IMG/VR virus record: IMGVR_UViG_3300045988_095445
DNA length: 15,026 nt
Direction: 5' to 3' (one strand)
Origin: a virus
Position 1 is the stretch's first letter. Every line of letters begins with the position of its first letter. The position numbers and the translations under genes are program-made. Shown here one piece after another: positions 12,189 to 15,026 of the stretch. Under the pieces are notes generated by a model, which did not search any database, was not told the origin of the DNA, and worked only from the letters and a program-made list of their open reading frames with translations.

Positions 12189-12640
12189 TTAAAACCTCCA
12201 AGAAAATTCTAAAATTGCGGGAATTGCAAAATAGATATTTGGAATATTATAATTGCGGGCTGCGTTTACGAGCAAGGTGGCGACCGTTGATGGATCTTGC
12301 ATAAAAACACCACAGCCCCAGGCTCCCGCGATTAAATTTTCCACTCCCTTAACCTCGGCAATTCTCTCTTCCATTATCCTATTGTTTAGAGAAAGAGGAA
12401 CTTTACATCAGCTAATTTTATACTATCGTCTTTTTCAAAGACTATAGATAGCTCTATCAAGATATAGGGCTCGATTCAGTCTCTGCCATAAGTATCATCA
12501 AAAGCAAGAAGAATAGGGTAAAGGTTGCTTTCGTGACACAATGCCTCTTCTACCACCTGGATGTATAATTTAAGATCGCAGTCTTGCTCCGATCGGTTAA
12601 ACCGAATAGACAGGATACGCTATCTTGGTCTTTAAGATAA
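12189..12640 (-). pseudogene. Decayed PARG-like macrodomain (DUF2263/TIGR02452-type) gene. Three collinear fragments are broken by TGA, TAA and a frameshift. The track ORF 12189-12374 is the C-terminal fragment.
   Basis: Fragment ...YIQVVEEALCHESNLYPILLAFDDTYGRD*(TGA) resembles the QEE/LCR-S-LY region. Then IEPYILIELSIVFEKDDSIKL* follows, then (frameshift) MEERIAEVKGVENLIAGAWGCGVF... with the GAWGCGVF diphosphate-loop motif. Family assignment is from memory of the motifs. Confidence 0.45.
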
Positions 12641-12713
12641 AAGGTATTATGGTGGGTTTCTCGCGGTTTTTGCAGTTTCCTTTCTTCCGTGCGGTTGGGC
12701 AGAAGTGGATAAT

Positions 12714-12893
12714 TTAATTATCCCAATCTTCAAATAAAGTGTGTAAACTATTTGTTTCCGCCGCCAATCTCTTTAAATATTCTTTAAGAATTTTATTTTC
12801 TTTAACTTTAATTGCATAATCGCAAGTATTGTCGCAGTCTGGTGTGTACTACCGACCGAATCTATTATAACAATAATCAATACAAGGACACAT
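12714..12893 (-). CDS. Small Cys-rich protein, 59 aa (MCPCIDYCYNRFGR-[TAG]-YTPDCDNTCDYAIKVKENKILKEYLKRLAAETNSLHTLFEDWDN) with one in-frame TAG.
   Basis: The ATG sits 1 nt after the TAA of the upstream gene (TAAAATG). No TAA/TGA until the end, and TAG at codon 15. Below the track cutoff under the standard code. Confidence 0.45.
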
Positions 12894-12894
12894 T

Positions 12895-13248
12895 TTACTC
12901 ATATTTACACCCATTCATTCTACAGTCTATTGTGCATTGCCCTGACGCTCCTTCACAAGGAATAGCATCAGGATAGTATTCAAAATAAGACGAGGTTAAT
13001 AGAACTTCATATCCAAGTTCCCGCAGTATTCTTTCTGCGACATATCTATCTCTTAATTTAATCCATTCTTCTCTATTTACTTTTGTTTCTTCATATATTT
13101 TTCGAGATTCTTCCATATCTATTGTTATGATACCATCGGTGTTAGTTTTAAATACTGAAGGACTTTGTGTATGATAAAATTTTCGAAAGGGATTGTTAAT
13201 ATGAAGAACTTCTTCAGCATATTTGTCAAAATCTCCCGAAAATTTCAT
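12895..13248 (-). CDS. Hypothetical Cys-rich protein, 117 aa (C-terminal CEGASGQCTIDCRMNGC). The true start is ATG 13248, overlapping FolD's TAA (TAATG).
   Basis: The track ORF 12895-13341 is N-terminally over-extended into FolD. It is translationally coupled to FolD. Confidence 0.55.
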   Translation of the reverse strand: MKFSGDFDKYAEEVLHINNPFRKFYHTQSPSVFKTNTDGIITIDMEESRKIYEETKVNREEWIKLRDRYVAERILRELGYEVLLTSSYFEYYPDAIPCEGASGQCTIDCRMNGCKYE

Positions 13249-14033
13249 TATCTTTGCGCCTGTTTCGCTAACTATAAACAATTTTTCATCAACCCCAATC
13301 TTGTTAATAGACCTACTCCTCCGGGGACAGGAGTTGACCATACATTATTTCTTTTTGCGATTTCATCAATTTCTACAAAATCACCAAGAATAATTCCTGC
13401 TTCATTTCTGCGAATACCAACATCTATAACAATAGCGTTAGGACAGGCTTCTCTTGTTAAGCTAAATTTTCCTACCGCAGAGACAATTAAATCTGCTTGC
13501 CTTGTTAAATAGAGTTTTGTATTTATATCTGTTTTGCTATGACATACTGATACGGTCATATTTCTATCCAGTAGAGCTTTAGCCATTGGCTTTCCTACAA
13601 TATCGCTTCTTCCCAAAACAACAGCAGATTTACCTTCGTAGTTAAAACCACATTCATCCAAATAGTCTATAATTCCTCTTACTGTTGCTGGAGTAATATT
13701 GCTCATAGGATTTAAACCATCCGCATCTTTAGAGATAGGTATTTGACTATAATTGAAATCAATTCCATTTGCTACTGGCATTTGAACTATTACCGCATCC
13801 CAGTCTTTCGCATGGCCTAAGAGTAATCTTAACTCTACTGAACTATTCGCTCTAAACACTTCTGCTTCCCAACCAAGAGCATTAAAGTCTTTTATTTTAT
13901 TACGAATATAAATTTGATTTGCGGGATCCTAGGCTGTTGCGTCGATAATCATGAGTGATGGAACATTACCACTAATCTCCCGCAATTTGTTTACCTATTG
14001 TTGAAAATATTCTTTTATATTAATCTATTGCAT
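13248..14033 (-). CDS. folD: FolD (bifunctional methylene-THF dehydrogenase/cyclohydrolase), 261 aa when TAG is read as sense. It has four in-frame TAG codons (14025, 13995, 13929, 13272) and a TAA stop at 13248.
   Basis: The track fragment 13272-13859 shows GKSAVVLGRSDIVGKPMA...VIDVGIRRNE...TPVPGGVGLLT, the canonical FolD C-domain. Upstream in-frame translation continues colinear with the FolD N-terminus (...NVPSLMIIDATA[TAG]DPANQIYIRNKIKDFNALGW) back to ATG 14033 with SD GGAGG. Only TAGs interrupt the frame. Confidence 0.8.
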
Positions 14034-14352
14034 CTGGATCAAGCCTCCAAGGATCACTAGTATCGTAATCAATCATTTCATAGAAAGATATTTCATTTTC
14101 ATTAACTTCTAATACCTAGTGAGGAATACACTATACTTCATAATCAAAATCTTTATTAATATGGTAAGAAGTATATATATGAATAGCAATAGGTCTAGGA
14201 TCATTAACTCCCTAAATATCCCATAAACTTATTGCTTTATTTTGGAAGATTTCCTAAGCATACTATGGAGATATAGCAATACTGATTATTAAGATATTAA
14301 AATAATACTATGCTTTTTCCGGTAAATCTAAATATGGTTCGTCAAAGAACAT
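14020..14352 (-). CDS. Hypothetical protein, 110 aa, with six in-frame TAGs and a TAA stop. It is the first gene of the leftward operon.
   Basis: ATG 14352 with SD AGGAG. 111 codons contain six TAGs and no TAA/TGA. The translation looks protein-like (..DPRPIAIHIYTSYHINKDFDYEV..). Its end overlaps the FolD start. Confidence 0.5.
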
Positions 14353-14389
14353 TGGCAAACAAATCTCCTATCTTATTTTTTATAATTAT

Positions 14390-14454
14390 ATTATAGCATT
14401 TTTAAATAAATTAATCAAATAAGATTTGACAATCTAGTTTTTTTTTGTTATTAT
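14390..14454. promoter_or_regulatory. Divergent back-to-back consensus promoters: minus-strand TTGATT-17-TGcTATAAT (14390-14418) and plus-strand TTGACA-17-TATTAT (14426-14454).
   Basis: Spacers counted directly. The plus -10 abuts ATG 14455, so the real start of the plus gene is ATG 14479. Confidence 0.7.
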
Positions 14455-14478
14455 ATGAGTATAAAAGGAGATGACAGT

Positions 14479-15026
14479 ATGATAAAATTAGATTATACTA
14501 TTGAGTCTCCAGAAGAACGGAAGGCGCTTGTCGAAAAAATAATCGCAGAAAATCCGAACCTTAGTTCGAGTTATTTAGAAATATTAGCAGATTATTTAGT
14601 TCTATGTATGGAAAAGCAAGAGAAGAAAGAAAAGAATATATTAACAGATAATAGAATGGCTACTGTTAATAAAAGAGAATGTTCTTTCGAAGGGCTTGCG
14701 TCATAGATGGAAAATGGCGAGGATGGCATTTATGGTTTAATGTCAGAAAATAAAAATGTTATATTTTAGCCAAAGATTTCTATTACACAGAAAGATTTAG
14801 ATACTATACCATGTTTAAAATAGTTGAGAGAAACCATTAATGTCTGGGAGGGCGCTTTAAAACGCGCTGCTGGGACAAAATAGGCATATATGATGAAAAA
14901 AGCATTAATAGAGATGCGAAAAGATTAGTATATCATTAAGCAAGCATATTAGAAACCTATTATACCATGTAAATTAACGAGATCCGTAAGAACTCATATT
15001 CCTCTTGATGATTAGAGTTATCTTAA
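14479..15026 (+). CDS. Partial gene (more than 180 codons, continuing past the window end). It has seven in-frame TAGs and no TAA/TGA.
   Basis: SD AAGGAG 14465-14470 with ATG 14479. The track ORF stops at TAG 14704. The same frame stays open through TAGs at 14704, 14767, 14821, 14881, 14926, 14950 and 15011 to the window end. Confidence 0.55.

Noticed and set aside
4162-12374. One-nucleotide disagreements between my hand-indexed positions and the ORF-track coordinates (for example stops at 4162, 12189 and 12895).
   Set aside because: These are probably counting slips on my side and not biological. Track coordinates were used where available, and my own coordinates should be read as approximately 1-2 nt.
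13248-14033. FolD with in-frame TAGs as a simple nonsense pseudogene.
   Set aside because: Four TAGs with zero TAA/TGA in an AT-rich gene, intact motifs, a proper SD and ATG, and stop/start coupling to its neighbours all argue against decay. The neighbouring PARG-like gene shows what real decay looks like (TGA, TAA and a frameshift).

Overview
This window is a low-GC, phage-like or mobile-element segment from a Firmicutes-type background. The host inference rests on AGGAGG Shine-Dalgarno sites, TTGACA-N17-TGnTATAAT extended -10 promoters and a SpoVT homolog. Coordinates I derived by hand may be off by 1-2 nt.

(1) 1-1975 is non-coding and repeat-dense: five iteron-like 22-27 bp repeats, a polypurine tract, seven CCGATCGG palindromes, an ~85 bp degenerate duplication and a double terminator. 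It looks like an origin or control region.

(2) 1976-11400 holds about 20 small minus-strand genes laid out as individually promoted and terminated cassettes. A recurring ~150-200 bp intergenic module separates them: two tandem intrinsic terminators, TTGTGCA/TGCACAA palindromes and consensus promoters. Sub-elements are shuffled between copies, which resembles the PeSL-type modular cassettes of phage early regions. Recognisable products are a GIY-YIG nuclease, a DEDDh 3'-5' exonuclease, a HAD/NT5C-like nucleotidase and a SpoVT/AbrB regulator, plus many small acidic or Cys-rich ORFs.

(3) 11700-15026 contains a decayed PARG-like macrodomain pseudogene, then an operon (110-aa ORF, FolD, two Cys-rich small proteins) and a divergent plus-strand gene. 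Their reading frames contain many in-frame TAG codons but no TAA/TGA. This is strong evidence that TAG (amber) is translated as a sense codon here (code-15-like recoding). An AbrB-like gene at 8544-8777 also carries one in-frame TAG at a conserved position. No tRNA or CRISPR array was found.
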